53,485 bases of DNA from Bacteroidales bacterium (GTDB lineage: Bacteria; Bacteroidota; Bacteroidia; Bacteroidales; ML635J-15). A program made the position numbers and the translations under genes. The stretch spans positions 1 to 53,485 of the forward strand of contig DAONZU010000002.1 of the NCBI GenBank assembly GCA_035406965.1. Reading direction: 5' to 3'. A model generated the notes under the pieces. That model saw only the letters and a list, made by a program, of their open reading frames with translations. It was not told where the DNA came from and did no database searches. This document shows positions 37,474 to 47,307 of this stretch, piece after piece; position 1 is the first letter of the stretch; each line of letters starts with the position of its first letter.

Positions 37474-38652
37474 TTACAAACTCAAATTCTCTTTTTTGTG
37501 TCTTATACTAATTTCTTCGGCTAAATTTTCAACAGCTTTTAAATCAGCTTCTGTTGGTGCACCTTTTATATAAATAGGTTCAATAACTTCAGCTTTAATA
37601 TTTGGTATCATTCCTGCAATTTTTTCGACTGCTCTTCCACCCCAAGCATAAGAAGCAAGTATAGAAACATATTTTGCTTTTGCTTTTAGTGCATTTGCTA
37701 AAATAGTTGCGTATGAAACAATAGGATGAGCTTCGCCTAAAACTGTTGGAGTTCCGATTACAATAGTTGCAGCGTCAACCAAAGTTATTGCTAATTTCCC
37801 AAGATCTGTTACAGTTAAATCAATTTTATAAGCTTTAATTCCACGATTTTCTAAAGCTGTAACTAAATGATTTACCATCTTTTCAACACTTCCGTGCATA
37901 GAAACATAAGGTATAATCACAACATTTTTAGGAGTATCAGATAACCATTCTTTATAAGCATCAATTATAAATTTTGGATTATCATACATTGGTCCGTGGC
38001 TTGGAGCAACTATTTCGATGTCGTATTCATCAAGTTTTGGTAAGTTTTTATTAATAATGTTTCTAAAAGGCAACATTATTTCTGCGAAATACCTTTTTGC
38101 TGCTTCATACACCTCACATTCGTTACTTACAAAAATGTCAGTTGTTGCTAAATGCGAACCTAAAAAATCGCAAGTAAATAAAACTTTATCTTCTTTTAAA
38201 TAAGCCAACATTGTTTCGGGCCAATGCACCCAAGGGAAATGTATAAATTTCAAAGTTTTGTTTCCCAAAGAAATTTCTTCGCCATCTTCTACTGTAATAA
38301 ATCTATCCTCAGCAATAGGCATATGATCGCTTAAAGTAGGTTTAGCTTTTGGTGAACATATAAGTTTTGCATTTGGATATTTTTTCAGAACTTCTGGTAA
38401 TAGTCCAGAATGGTCTTGCTCCGAATGTAAGGAAACTACATAATCAATTTTTTTAATTCCTTCGAGTTTTTCAAAAAATATATGTGCCAACTCAGGTTCT
38501 GCAGTATCTATTAAAACATTTTTTTCGCTAGCCTCAATAAAATAAGCATTGTAACTTGTTCCATCAGGAAGAGGAATTAAAGCATCAAACAATCTTCTAT
38601 TCCAATCAACTACATCAAGTAGATATAAGTTCTCTTTAAATTTTCTCGCCAT
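37474..38652 (-). CDS. FprA-family flavodiiron protein (metallo-beta-lactamase + flavodoxin domains)
   Basis: 392 aa. Di-iron motif LHSEQDHSG (HxExDH), and a C-terminal flavodoxin-like VVIIPYVSMHGSVEKM...IVIGTPT. Confidence 0.8.
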   Translation of the reverse strand: MARKFKENLYLLDVVDWNRRLFDALIPLPDGTSYNAYFIEASEKNVLIDTAEPELAHIFFEKLEGIKKIDYVVSLHSEQDHSGLLPEVLKKYPNAKLICSPKAKPTLSDHMPIAEDRFITVEDGEEISLGNKTLKFIHFPWVHWPETMLAYLKEDKVLFTCDFLGSHLATTDIFVSNECEVYEAAKRYFAEIMLPFRNIINKNLPKLDEYDIEIVAPSHGPMYDNPKFIIDAYKEWLSDTPKNVVIIPYVSMHGSVEKMVNHLVTALENRGIKAYKIDLTVTDLGKLAITLVDAATIVIGTPTVLGEAHPIVSYATILANALKAKAKYVSILASYAWGGRAVEKIAGMIPNIKAEVIEPIYIKGAPTEADLKAVENLAEEISIRHKKENLSL

Positions 38653-38706
38653 AATATTTATTTTTTTAAAATTTTAAATCATGTACAAATATAATAAAAT
38701 AACATT

Positions 38707-38880
38707 AAAAAAGAGGCTGTCTCAAAACAAGTGTTGAACCAACAACCTCTCAAGGTGTTTCAGAAGTGTTAAAATGCAAGGCGCTGAAATTGAGGACGAA
38801 GGAGCGTACAGAAGTACGTGACTGAGTCCGAATATTGAAAGCAACGAAGCAGTTTGACACTTATGAGACACCGCTTTTTT
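38707..38880. other. ~170-nt GC-enriched structured element enclosed by an A-tract/T-tract terminator-like stem
   Basis: Outer stem AAAAAAGAGG(C)TGTCTCA (38707-38724) pairs with TGAGACACCGCTTTTTT (38864-38880). Next come AAGTGT (38729-38734) / ACACTT (38857-38862). The inner part has GGAC (38794-38797) / GTCC (38826-38829) enclosing the hairpin CGTAC-AGAA-GTACG (38805-38818). Confidence 0.5.
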
Positions 38881-38894
38881 AATAATATTTTGAA

Positions 38895-41696
38895 TTACTT
38901 TTCTGGAAGCAACTGCACCTTAACATAATTATTCAAATCAAAATATTTATTTGCTGCCTGCTTCATAGAGCTAATACTTATTGATTCTATCATATTTAGG
39001 TAATCTTTATATTCTGCTGCACTAACATTATTGTCTTCAACATCAATAATAAGTCTTTTCCAATAAGAATTTTCTTTAACGTCTGTTTCAAATTCGCGTT
39101 TTTCTTTTTCTATAACTTTTTGAATATCAGTATCTGTCAATCCGTCAGTTTGGAGAGATTTTATAATATCAAAAGTTTTAGTTTTTAGTTCATCTTCTCT
39201 CTCAGGGTCGCAGCTAAAGAAAATTGTAACAGAATATTGTTCATAAGGAATTTTAGAACTTGATGGATATGCACCTATAGTATAAACACCACTTTCTTTT
39301 TCACGAATTTCTTCTAATAATCGTGTTGATAAAATTTTACAAACAGCATCTAATTCTAATCTATTTTGATATGTATATTCAAATACGCCTGGGAAGTTAA
39401 TTATTTCCATACATTTAGGATCTTTACCTTTATATACAGTTTTTTCAACAACGCCTTTTGGTGGTCTTACTCCCAAATCTTTATAAGTTTCGTTTCTTTC
39501 AACAATAGGAAGAGCACCTAAATATTTTTCAATAAGAGGTTTTGCAAGTTTAGCGTCAAAATTTCCAACAAAATAGAAAGTGAAGTTACTTGGGTCGCCA
39601 AATCTTTGTGAATAAATACTCTTTACTCTTCTAAAATTAGCTTCTTCTAAAACTTCAGCAGTTAGCACCCTGCGGCGTGGGTGATTTTGAGCCATAATAG
39701 TTCTAATACTATCACTCCATGCAGATTGTGGGTCTAATTTAGCATTTTCTAATAATCCTTTTTGCTTGTTCATATAAGAATTAAAAGCTGTTTCGGTAAC
39801 TCTTGGTTGAGTAAATGTTGCATAAATCATTTGTAATAAAACTTCAAAATCTGCAACATTAGAAGAACCTGTTAAACCTTCGGTACTTTCACCTATGTAA
39901 GTACTAAATCTAACATTTTTATCAGCTAAGAATTTTTGCAATTCAGATTTATCATAATTACCTAAGCCACTTTCTTCGGCAACATCATCGGCAATTTTAC
40001 TGCTAATATCATCTTTTTGGTCGTAAAGAGAATATCCGCCTAAACTTCTTGCTTCGAATAAAATTTCATCGTCTTTAAAATCTGTTGTTTTAAAAACTAC
40101 TTTAACGCCATTTTTAAGAGTCCAAGTTTGATAGTCGAAATCTTTGTTTGTAGTTTTTTTACCAACTTTTGTAGGTTTTGCTAAATCTGAAATTAAGGTT
40201 TTATCAGAAACTTTATCAACATAAGCATCTACTTTAATTTTAGAAGCATCTTGATAAATTTTTAGGACTTCGTCTTCGCTTGGAATTGTAACACCTTCTT
40301 TTTCGGGAGCTATAACTACAATAACACAATTTTCTTCTGTTACAACAGTTTTTGCAAAAGCATTAACTTCGTCTAAAGTAATTTGTGGTAAATATTTTTT
40401 AAATAATTCATATTCATATTCAATTCCTGGAAATGGACTATGTGGTGGCAAGAAATGTTGTTTATATTCTTCTACATAATTTTCTGATTTTTGTTTATCC
40501 CTTTCATTATAAGATTTCTCTATTCGTTTTAAAAGAGCAGATTTTTCTCTTTCCAATTCAGTTTCTGTAAAACCATATTGCATCATTCTTTCGTTTTCAA
40601 CAACTAAAGTTTCTAATGTAGTTTTTATGTCATTATTTTGAACTATTCCCATGCTTATAAAAACATCTTTAGGACCTATAAATTGTGAATATCCTGCATA
40701 GCCTTGAACAAAAGGAGGATTTTCTAAAAGAGTTAATTCTGCCAAACGATTTGAAAGCATAGAGCTAAGTAACATATTAACCATACCGTCTTTATAATCA
40801 GCAACAGTAGAATTTGGTTGAGCAGGATGCTTATAAAACATTTGCACCATACTAATTGGAACTTCGGGGTCTGTTGCTACACAAACCAAAGTTTCTTTAT
40901 GATCAGGGATTTCGGCATATACTCTTTCGCGAGGATTTTCTATCATTTTAATTTTAGAAAATCTTTCTATAACTTTTTGTTCCATTTCCTTAGCGTCAAA
41001 ATCTCCAACAAGTATTACTGCCATCAAATCAGGGCGATACCAATCTCTATAAAAGCGGCGAATAGCCTCTGGGTCACAATTATCAACTACTTCCATTGTA
41101 CCAATTGGTAATCTTTTTGCATAAATAGAATTATAGAAAATAGCTTGTAAATATTTACGTTGTACACGATCCATAGCTCCTTGTCCCATTCTCCATTCTT
41201 CGTGAATAACGCCACGTTCAGCATCAATTTCTTCAGTTTCTAAAGACAATTCAGATGCCCAATCGTAAAGCACTAACAAACCTTTGTCTATAAATTCAGG
41301 GTCATCAGTAGGAACTTTAATTCCGTAAACTGTTTCGTCAAAAGAAGTATAAGCGTTTACTTCTGGTCCGAATTTCATACCTAAAGATTCTAAATAATTT
41401 ACAAGTTCATTTTTAGGAAAATTTGTAGAACCATTAAAAGCCATATGCTCTGTAAAGTGAGCCAAACCTTGTTGGTCTTCATCTTCTAAAACTGAACCTG
41501 CTTTTACAGCAAGTGTTAGTTCTGCTCTGTTTTCTGGCTGTTTATTAGCTTTGATGTAATAAACCATACCATTTTTTAAAGTTCCTGTAATTACACTTGG
41601 GTCATTTGGTAGTTTGTCGGTTAGTTCCATGCTCTGACCAAAAGCAAAACTGCAACTAAAAATAAGTGCGACAATCAAAAATGTAAGTTGTTTCAT
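38895..41696 (-). CDS. M16 (pitrilysin/insulinase) family zinc peptidase, double-length
   Basis: 933 aa with a signal peptide and the HFTEHMAFNGS (HxxEH) motif. Confidence 0.8.
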   Translation of the reverse strand: MKQLTFLIVALIFSCSFAFGQSMELTDKLPNDPSVITGTLKNGMVYYIKANKQPENRAELTLAVKAGSVLEDEDQQGLAHFTEHMAFNGSTNFPKNELVNYLESLGMKFGPEVNAYTSFDETVYGIKVPTDDPEFIDKGLLVLYDWASELSLETEEIDAERGVIHEEWRMGQGAMDRVQRKYLQAIFYNSIYAKRLPIGTMEVVDNCDPEAIRRFYRDWYRPDLMAVILVGDFDAKEMEQKVIERFSKIKMIENPRERVYAEIPDHKETLVCVATDPEVPISMVQMFYKHPAQPNSTVADYKDGMVNMLLSSMLSNRLAELTLLENPPFVQGYAGYSQFIGPKDVFISMGIVQNNDIKTTLETLVVENERMMQYGFTETELEREKSALLKRIEKSYNERDKQKSENYVEEYKQHFLPPHSPFPGIEYEYELFKKYLPQITLDEVNAFAKTVVTEENCVIVVIAPEKEGVTIPSEDEVLKIYQDASKIKVDAYVDKVSDKTLISDLAKPTKVGKKTTNKDFDYQTWTLKNGVKVVFKTTDFKDDEILFEARSLGGYSLYDQKDDISSKIADDVAEESGLGNYDKSELQKFLADKNVRFSTYIGESTEGLTGSSNVADFEVLLQMIYATFTQPRVTETAFNSYMNKQKGLLENAKLDPQSAWSDSIRTIMAQNHPRRRVLTAEVLEEANFRRVKSIYSQRFGDPSNFTFYFVGNFDAKLAKPLIEKYLGALPIVERNETYKDLGVRPPKGVVEKTVYKGKDPKCMEIINFPGVFEYTYQNRLELDAVCKILSTRLLEEIREKESGVYTIGAYPSSSKIPYEQYSVTIFFSCDPEREDELKTKTFDIIKSLQTDGLTDTDIQKVIEKEKREFETDVKENSYWKRLIIDVEDNNVSAAEYKDYLNMIESISISSMKQAANKYFDLNNYVKVQLLPEK

Positions 41697-41817
41697 ATTA
41701 AATAGCTTTATTTTATAATTATTTTTATTAATTCAACAAAAGTAAAAATATAATTTCAGATATTTTCATATTTTTTTGATAAATGCTTAAAAAATTGTTA
41801 AATGGAATGATTCAAAT

Positions 41818-43509
41818 TTATAATTCAATTATTGCCTCATTATTACAATTATCTTTAACAACAACTTTTATTTTGTAAGAATCGGCTTTTTCAAAATATT
41901 CATCTTTTTGATAAAAAATTGTTTTTGTTTTAGGTTCATATTGAGTCAAAACCCACCTATTATTAATATAAATTGCATAAGAAGAAATTCCTGACAAATC
42001 ATCTGTAATTTTAAAACTTAAATAATTCGAATTTTCTTCTGTATATATTTTTTTAGGTTTTATAGGAGTAATTTTTGGAGGAATTGTATCAATCCACAAA
42101 TAAAATTCTCCAAAATAAGAAGAATAAGCAGAAATAAAATTTTGTTCAATAATTGGCTTTAAATAATTCGATTTCTTGTTGTGTTCACGCATGATAAACA
42201 ACTTGTCTTTATATTTATAAATTTCATCATTTATAAAAAAACTTATTTTAAAATCTTTATTTACAGCCAAATTATCATCGCCAATAATATAAGACTGCGA
42301 ATATTTTCTCTTTTTCCCCTTTTTTATTTCTAAGTTAGTATCATAAAACAAACTGCCAACTTGTGTTTCAAATCTAAATTCTGAATCGAAATACAAAAAG
42401 ACGCTATCGTATTTTACAAAAAACCCATTTTTTTCAAGCAAATCATATTCTTTGTTGTCTTTAAGTAATTCAAAATTCAATTCTGACGAATTATTATTAT
42501 AGTCAGTAATAATAACAGTAAAAATTGCTTTCGATTTTTCATTCAAAGAAAACATTCCATTATTTATTGTTTTATCATATATCATCAATTCATTTCCAGC
42601 TTCAACAAAGAGTTTGTGAACATGAAGTTTTTCTTTTAACAAATATTCAAAATCAAACATTGAATTTTTAGAGGCTTGAGTTTCGAAAGAAATTTTTTCT
42701 AAATTAGATTTATAAATTAATTCATTATCCATAAATAGACTTGCTATTTTAGCCCCATATCTATTGTGAGTTTCGTTCATTCTATCAACATAAGCCACTC
42801 CTAATCCAATCAAACCTGTTACTTCAGGCAAATCGTTTGCACAAACAAAAACCCCGTCTTTTTTCACTACTTTCAAAAAAAACTTCTCAGATTTTCCATT
42901 TATAAATGAATTATTTGACAAAGGATATAAAACAATTGCAGAAATTTCTGGAGGTAAATTATCTTTAAAATCATATACCGAATTAACCACATTGATTGGT
43001 TGGTCTGTCTTGCTTTCTCTAATTTCAAAATGCAAATGTGGACCTTCTGAATATCCTGTATTTCCGCTAAAAGCTACAAGTTCGCCTTTCTTCACTTTAA
43101 ATAAATCTGGATTTAAAATAGTATCAATAAAATAAGATTTGTTTTCGTATTGAATTTTTCTTACAAAATTTTGTATATCTGCTCTAAATTCATTTAAGTG
43201 TCCATAAACAGAAGTATAGCCATTTGGGTGAGAAATATACAATCCCAATCCATAACCCCAAGGCGAAACATAAATTCTATAGACATAACCATCAGCAACA
43301 GAAACAATTTCTTTTCCATTTTGATAAGTTCTAAAATCAACACCTGAATGAAAATGCCTATGTCGTGGTTCGCCAAAATTACCAGACAAATTAGTTTCAA
43401 ATTTTAAGGGAGAAACAAATTCTTTTTTCAAATTAACATCTTGAGCAAAACTCAATATTTGCAACAAAATCAGGTTAACTATTATAAATAAAGACTTTAA
43501 TTTTAACAT
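41818..43509 (-). CDS. M23 family metallopeptidase with large C-terminal extension
   Basis: 563 aa. HRHFHSGVDF and GYSEGPHLHFEI are LytM/M23 zinc motifs. About 370 aa of unknown function follow. Confidence 0.75.
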   Translation of the reverse strand: MLKLKSLFIIVNLILLQILSFAQDVNLKKEFVSPLKFETNLSGNFGEPRHRHFHSGVDFRTYQNGKEIVSVADGYVYRIYVSPWGYGLGLYISHPNGYTSVYGHLNEFRADIQNFVRKIQYENKSYFIDTILNPDLFKVKKGELVAFSGNTGYSEGPHLHFEIRESKTDQPINVVNSVYDFKDNLPPEISAIVLYPLSNNSFINGKSEKFFLKVVKKDGVFVCANDLPEVTGLIGLGVAYVDRMNETHNRYGAKIASLFMDNELIYKSNLEKISFETQASKNSMFDFEYLLKEKLHVHKLFVEAGNELMIYDKTINNGMFSLNEKSKAIFTVIITDYNNNSSELNFELLKDNKEYDLLEKNGFFVKYDSVFLYFDSEFRFETQVGSLFYDTNLEIKKGKKRKYSQSYIIGDDNLAVNKDFKISFFINDEIYKYKDKLFIMREHNKKSNYLKPIIEQNFISAYSSYFGEFYLWIDTIPPKITPIKPKKIYTEENSNYLSFKITDDLSGISSYAIYINNRWVLTQYEPKTKTIFYQKDEYFEKADSYKIKVVVKDNCNNEAIIEL

Positions 43510-43598
43510 TATCTAAAAATAAAAACTTTACAAAACTAATATCTATTCTTGCTTTTTAAAAATAATTAACTTATTTTTGTAGTGTTAAATAAAATAAT

Positions 43599-43892
43599 GT
43601 GAACGAAGAATATAAAGATATAATTATCAAGCTAAATGAAAACATTCAGAGTTTAATATCTTCGTATTCAACTATTAAAGAAAACAACATTATTTTATCT
43701 AATGAGGTAAATAAATTGAATAGTGAATTAAATATATATAAAGAGAAATTAGAAGAAATAGAAAATAAGTATAATAATTTAAGATTAGCAAGAAGTATAG
43801 CAGATGGAGATAGTGATGATAAAGATGTTAAGCTTAAATTAAACAGAATTATACGGGAGATTGACAATTGTATTGCTCTCTTAAACAAATAG
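43599..43892 (+). CDS. Small coiled-coil protein upstream of zapA (ZapB-like by composition only)
   Basis: 97 aa with a GTG start (no internal Met) and heptad-rich sequence (LNSELNIYKEKLEEIENKYNNLRL). A TATTTTTG -7 box lies at 43572-43579. Confidence 0.45.
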   Translation: MNEEYKDIIIKLNENIQSLISSYSTIKENNIILSNEVNKLNSELNIYKEKLEEIENKYNNLRLARSIADGDSDDKDVKLKLNRIIREIDNCIALLNK

Positions 43893-43896
43893 TTCT

Positions 43897-44208
43897 ATGG
43901 ATAACGATAAGTTAAAAATAAATATAAACATTGGTGAAAGGACATATCCTATCAATATTTCGAGAGCTGATAGTAAACGTGAGGAGCTAATCAGAAAAGC
44001 TGCTCAACTGATAAACGATGAGCTTTTTCAATATAAAAGTAGAGGATATAAAAACCGAGATGAACAAGACTATATGGCAATGGTTTTGATTTCAATTTCT
44101 GTTAGACTAATGGAAATGGAAGATCGTGAAGATGTTTCACCAATAATTAACGAACTAAAAAAAATAAATTTTACAATAGAAGATTTTTTGGAAAAAGAAA
44201 GAGAGTAA
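43897..44208 (+). CDS. zapA: Cell division protein ZapA
   Basis: 103 aa. INIGERTYPINISRADSKREELIRKAAQLIND and MVLISISVRLME fit the ZapA family pattern. Adjacent to rny, as I recall it in other Bacteroidota. Confidence 0.7.
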   Translation: MDNDKLKININIGERTYPINISRADSKREELIRKAAQLINDELFQYKSRGYKNRDEQDYMAMVLISISVRLMEMEDREDVSPIINELKKINFTIEDFLEKERE

Positions 44209-44242
44209 ACGTTCTTTAAAATAACATAATAATAACAATACT

Positions 44243-44450
44243 GCCCGTATTTGATTCTTTAAGGGTTGAAAAACTCAACACTAACAAATTTTGGGATAAT
44301 GCTCGGTTTATCAACGGCAGGCCTAAACTTATTCTGTTTACAGAATATTGTTGCACCAGCGACCATAGGAAACCGAAAATTTACTGGCGATCCCACCCAT
44401 GTTCATACAGGGGTTTTTTTAACATTAAAGAATTTTATACGGGCTTTTTT
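44243..44450 (+). ncRNA. ssrS: Candidate 6S RNA (rod-shaped ~200-nt RNA ending in a T-run)
   Basis: Long-range pairs: GCCCGTAT (44243-44250)/ATACGGGC (44437-44444), ATTCTTTAA (44254-44262)/TTAAAGAAT (44425-44433), AAAAACTC/GGGTTTTT, TGGGAT (44292-44297)/ATCCCA (44390-44395), and TCGGTTT (44303-44309)/AAACCGA (44371-44377). The apical hairpin ATTCTG-TTTA-CAGAAT (44331-44346) sits at the midpoint. A poorly paired central region lies around 44310-44325 / 44353-44370. TTTTTT follows the closing stem. Confidence 0.55.
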
Positions 44451-44471
44451 AATTTAATACTTAATAATTTT

Positions 44472-46013
44472 ATGGGAACATTAACAATAATTTTAGTCGC
44501 AGCAGGTGCCTTAATAGCAGGAGGAGCGATTTCTTACTTTATGTGGGACAAGGCTTTGGGAAAAAGAAAAAACAAAGTATTTAACGATGCTATAGCAGAA
44601 GCAGAGGTTATTCGCAAAGAAAAAGAACTTCAAGCCAAAGAAAAATACTTTCAATTAAAGTCGGAACACGACAAAAGAATAAATGAAAGAAATCAAAAAA
44701 TGGCTGCTGCCGAAAATAAAATCCAACAACGCGAAGCAACAATTGCTTCAAGAATAGAGGAAACTCAAAGAATGAAAAAAGAACTTGAAATCATTCGTGA
44801 AAACCTTGATAAACAACTTGATAGAGTTGACAAAAGATCAGAAGAATTAGAAAAGCTCCATCGCGAACAAGTTGAAAAATTAGAAACTATTTCAGGACTT
44901 TCTGCCGAAGATGCAAAAGCTGAGTTGATGGAATCTTTACAAGCAAATGCTCGTTCAGAAGCCATGTCATTAATAAATGAAATCATAGACGAGGCTAAAA
45001 TGACAGCCAATAAAGAAGCTAAAAAAATAGTACTAGAAACTATTCAACGCGTTGCTACAGAAACAGCTATTGAAAATGCTGTTACAGTTTTTAATATTGA
45101 AAGCGACGAACTTAAAGGTAGAATTATTGGTAGAGAAGGTAGAAATATTAGAGCTTTAGAAGCTGCTACAGGTGTTGAAATAGTTGTTGACGACACTCCA
45201 GAAGCAATTTTATTATCAGCTTTTGACCCTGTACGCAGAGAAATTGCTCGTTTATCTTTACACCAATTAGTTACAGATGGACGTATTCACCCTGCACGTA
45301 TAGAAGAAGTTGTAAATAAAACAAAAAAACAAATTGAAGAAGAAATAGTTGAGATTGGAAAGCGAACAACTATCGACTTAGGTATTCATGGATTACACCC
45401 CGAATTAGTTAGAATGGTTGGAAAAATGAAGTATCGTTCTTCGTATGGGCAAAATTTATTACAACATTCACGCGAGGTTGCAAACCTTAGTGCTCTTATG
45501 GCTGCTGAGCTTGGCTTAAACCCAAAAATTGCTAAACGAGCTGGTCTATTACACGACATAGGTAAAGTTGCTGACGAAGAACTAGAGTTACCACACGCAG
45601 TTTATGGAATGAAATTAGCCGAAAAATATAAAGAAAAACCTGAAATTTGTAATGCCATTGGCGCTCACCACGATGAAATTGAAATGACAAGCCTCATCTC
45701 ACCTATTGTACAAGTATGTGATGCTATTTCTGGAGCAAGACCTGGAGCAAGAAGAGAAGTTATAGAATCTTATATTAAACGCCTAAAAGATTTAGAAGCA
45801 TTAGCTTTATCATATCCAGGAGTTTTAAAGACTTATGCTATACAAGCAGGTAGAGAACTTAGAGTTATCGTTGGAAGCGAAAAAATTAATGACTCAGAAG
45901 CTGAACAACTAAGCTTTGAAATTGCTAAACGCGTTCAAGACGAAATGACTTATCCTGGGCAAGTAAAAATTACAGTTATTAGAGAAACTCGTTCAGTAAA
46001 TTATGCAAAATAG
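44472..46013 (+). CDS. rny: Ribonuclease Y
   Basis: 513 aa. N-terminal TM, coiled coil, KH domain ([17 protein letters not shown]) and HD domain (LLHDIGK...GAHHDE). Confidence 0.95.
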   Translation: MGTLTIILVAAGALIAGGAISYFMWDKALGKRKNKVFNDAIAEAEVIRKEKELQAKEKYFQLKSEHDKRINERNQKMAAAENKIQQREATIASRIEETQRMKKELEIIRENLDKQLDRVDKRSEELEKLHREQVEKLETISGLSAEDAKAELMESLQANARSEAMSLINEIIDEAKMTANKEAKKIVLETIQRVATETAIENAVTVFNIESDELKGRIIGREGRNIRALEAATGVEIVVDDTPEAILLSAFDPVRREIARLSLHQLVTDGRIHPARIEEVVNKTKKQIEEEIVEIGKRTTIDLGIHGLHPELVRMVGKMKYRSSYGQNLLQHSREVANLSALMAAELGLNPKIAKRAGLLHDIGKVADEELELPHAVYGMKLAEKYKEKPEICNAIGAHHDEIEMTSLISPIVQVCDAISGARPGARREVIESYIKRLKDLEALALSYPGVLKTYAIQAGRELRVIVGSEKINDSEAEQLSFEIAKRVQDEMTYPGQVKITVIRETRSVNYAK

Positions 46014-46998
46014 TAAGTTTACAATAAATAATTCTAAAGTCCTTGTTACTGGCGGTGCCGGTTTTATAGGTTCTAACATTGTTGAAAAATTATTAGAGCA
46101 AAATAATTATGTAGTTTGCCTTGACAATTTTGCGACAGGAAAACATGAAAATATAAGTAAATTTGTAAAAGACAAAAACTTTAAACTTATAGATGACGAT
46201 ATTAGAGATTTAACTGCATGTCAAAATGCTTGCAAAGAAATAGACATTATTTTGCACCATGCCGCTCTAGGTTCGGTGCCTCGTTCTATTAACGACCCAA
46301 TATCGAGCAATGAAGTAAATGTTAATGGCTTTTTAAACATGCTTGTTGCCGCAAGAGACAACAAAGTTAAAAGATTTGTTTATGCTTCAAGTTCTTCAGT
46401 CTATGGCGATAATATTGCTTCTCCTAAAATAGAAGATAAAACAGGTAATGCTCTATCGCCTTATGCTGTTACAAAGCAAGTAAACGAAATGTATGCTAAA
46501 GTTTTTTCTGATTTATACGGTTTAGAAACTATTGGCTTAAGATATTTTAATGTTTTTGGTAAAAATCAAGACCCAGAATCAGTTTACGCAGCAGTTTTTC
46601 CTAAATTTATTAAAAGTTTAATACATTTACAAGCTCCTACAATTCATGGTGATGGCAGTCAATCTCGTGATTTTACCTATATAGCAAATGTTATTCAGGC
46701 AAACGAACTTGCTGCTACTACCAACAATTCCAAAGCAATAAATACAATATATAATGTTGCTTATGGAGAAACCAATAACTTAAATGACATCACAAATTTA
46801 CTTATACAATTATTAGCAAAATTCAAACCTGAAATAGCTAATATAAAACCAATTCACGGACCTGAAAGAAAAGGTGATATTAAAGATTCTTTAGCTTCAA
46901 TAGAAAAAGCAAAATCTTTATTAAACTATAACCCTAAATTTGATGTAAGACAAGGATTAGAGCTGACTGTTAAGTGGTATTATGAGAATTTGAAATAA
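46003..46998 (+). CDS. NAD-dependent nucleotide-sugar epimerase/dehydratase (SDR; UDP-GlcNAc/UDP-GlcA 4-epimerase-like)
   Basis: 331 aa. [13 protein letters not shown] Rossmann motif and the SPYAVTK (YxxxK) catalytic motif. Overlaps the rny stop by 11 bp. Confidence 0.8.
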   Translation: MQNSKFTINNSKVLVTGGAGFIGSNIVEKLLEQNNYVVCLDNFATGKHENISKFVKDKNFKLIDDDIRDLTACQNACKEIDIILHHAALGSVPRSINDPISSNEVNVNGFLNMLVAARDNKVKRFVYASSSSVYGDNIASPKIEDKTGNALSPYAVTKQVNEMYAKVFSDLYGLETIGLRYFNVFGKNQDPESVYAAVFPKFIKSLIHLQAPTIHGDGSQSRDFTYIANVIQANELAATTNNSKAINTIYNVAYGETNNLNDITNLLIQLLAKFKPEIANIKPIHGPERKGDIKDSLASIEKAKSLLNYNPKFDVRQGLELTVKWYYENLK

Positions 46999-47000
46999 AA

Positions 47001-47070
47001 AGTCAGTTAAAAGTTAAAAAAGTCAGTTAAAAGTTAAAAAAGTCAGTTAAAAGTTAAAAGTTAAAAGTCG
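47001..47070. repeat. AT-rich tandem repeat: 20-bp unit AGTCAGTTAAAAGTTAAAAA x ~3, built from GTTAAAA heptamers
   Basis: Perfect copies at 47001-47020 and 47021-47040, followed by a third partial copy extended by an extra GTTAAAA. Confidence 0.9.
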
Positions 47071-47081
47071 AAAGTGTTTTT

Positions 47082-47288
47082 ATGTTTGGCTTTGGTAAAA
47101 CTCATAAGCTTATTCAACATTTTATGTTTAATGATGTGCTTTTGACTATAACAGGTGTAGAAAATTTTAATATAATTGCAGATAATGAAAGAGAAAGTAA
47201 ATTTGGCAGAGAAATAAGAAGACCTACTTTTAAACAAAATAAATTGATTGATAAAGTTACTTTTTTTAGATTACGAAAATATTTATAA
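47082..47288 (+). CDS. Hypothetical 68-aa protein
   Basis: Supported by the ORF only (MFGFGKTHKLIQHFMFND...). Basic C-terminus, no recognisable motif. Confidence 0.3.
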   Translation: MFGFGKTHKLIQHFMFNDVLLTITGVENFNIIADNERESKFGREIRRPTFKQNKLIDKVTFFRLRKYL

Positions 47289-47307
47289 CTGGAATTTTAA
47301 TATATAT

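Noticed and set aside
38707-38880. SRP (4.5S) RNA or group II intron domain V interpretation of the GC-rich element
   Set aside because: GUCCGAA and GAAGCAG strings recall the SRP domain IV. However, they are not positioned around a GNRA tetraloop (the only tight hairpin has an AGAA loop and the GAAGCAG is about 40 nt away). The GAGCGUAC...GUACG hairpin is too short and lacks the bulge geometry of intron domain V.
44266-44457. 63-aa plus-strand ORF in the zapA-rny spacer
   Set aside because: It lies entirely within the long self-complementary 6S-like RNA fold. The composition ([24 protein letters not shown]...) has no supporting motif, and the RNA explanation accounts for the sequence better.
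47001-47070. Type III toxin-antitoxin (ToxI-like) RNA repeat array
   Set aside because: The units are 20 nt of nearly pure A/T without pseudoknot potential. The downstream ORFs (68 and 57 aa) are far smaller than ToxN/AbiE-type toxins.
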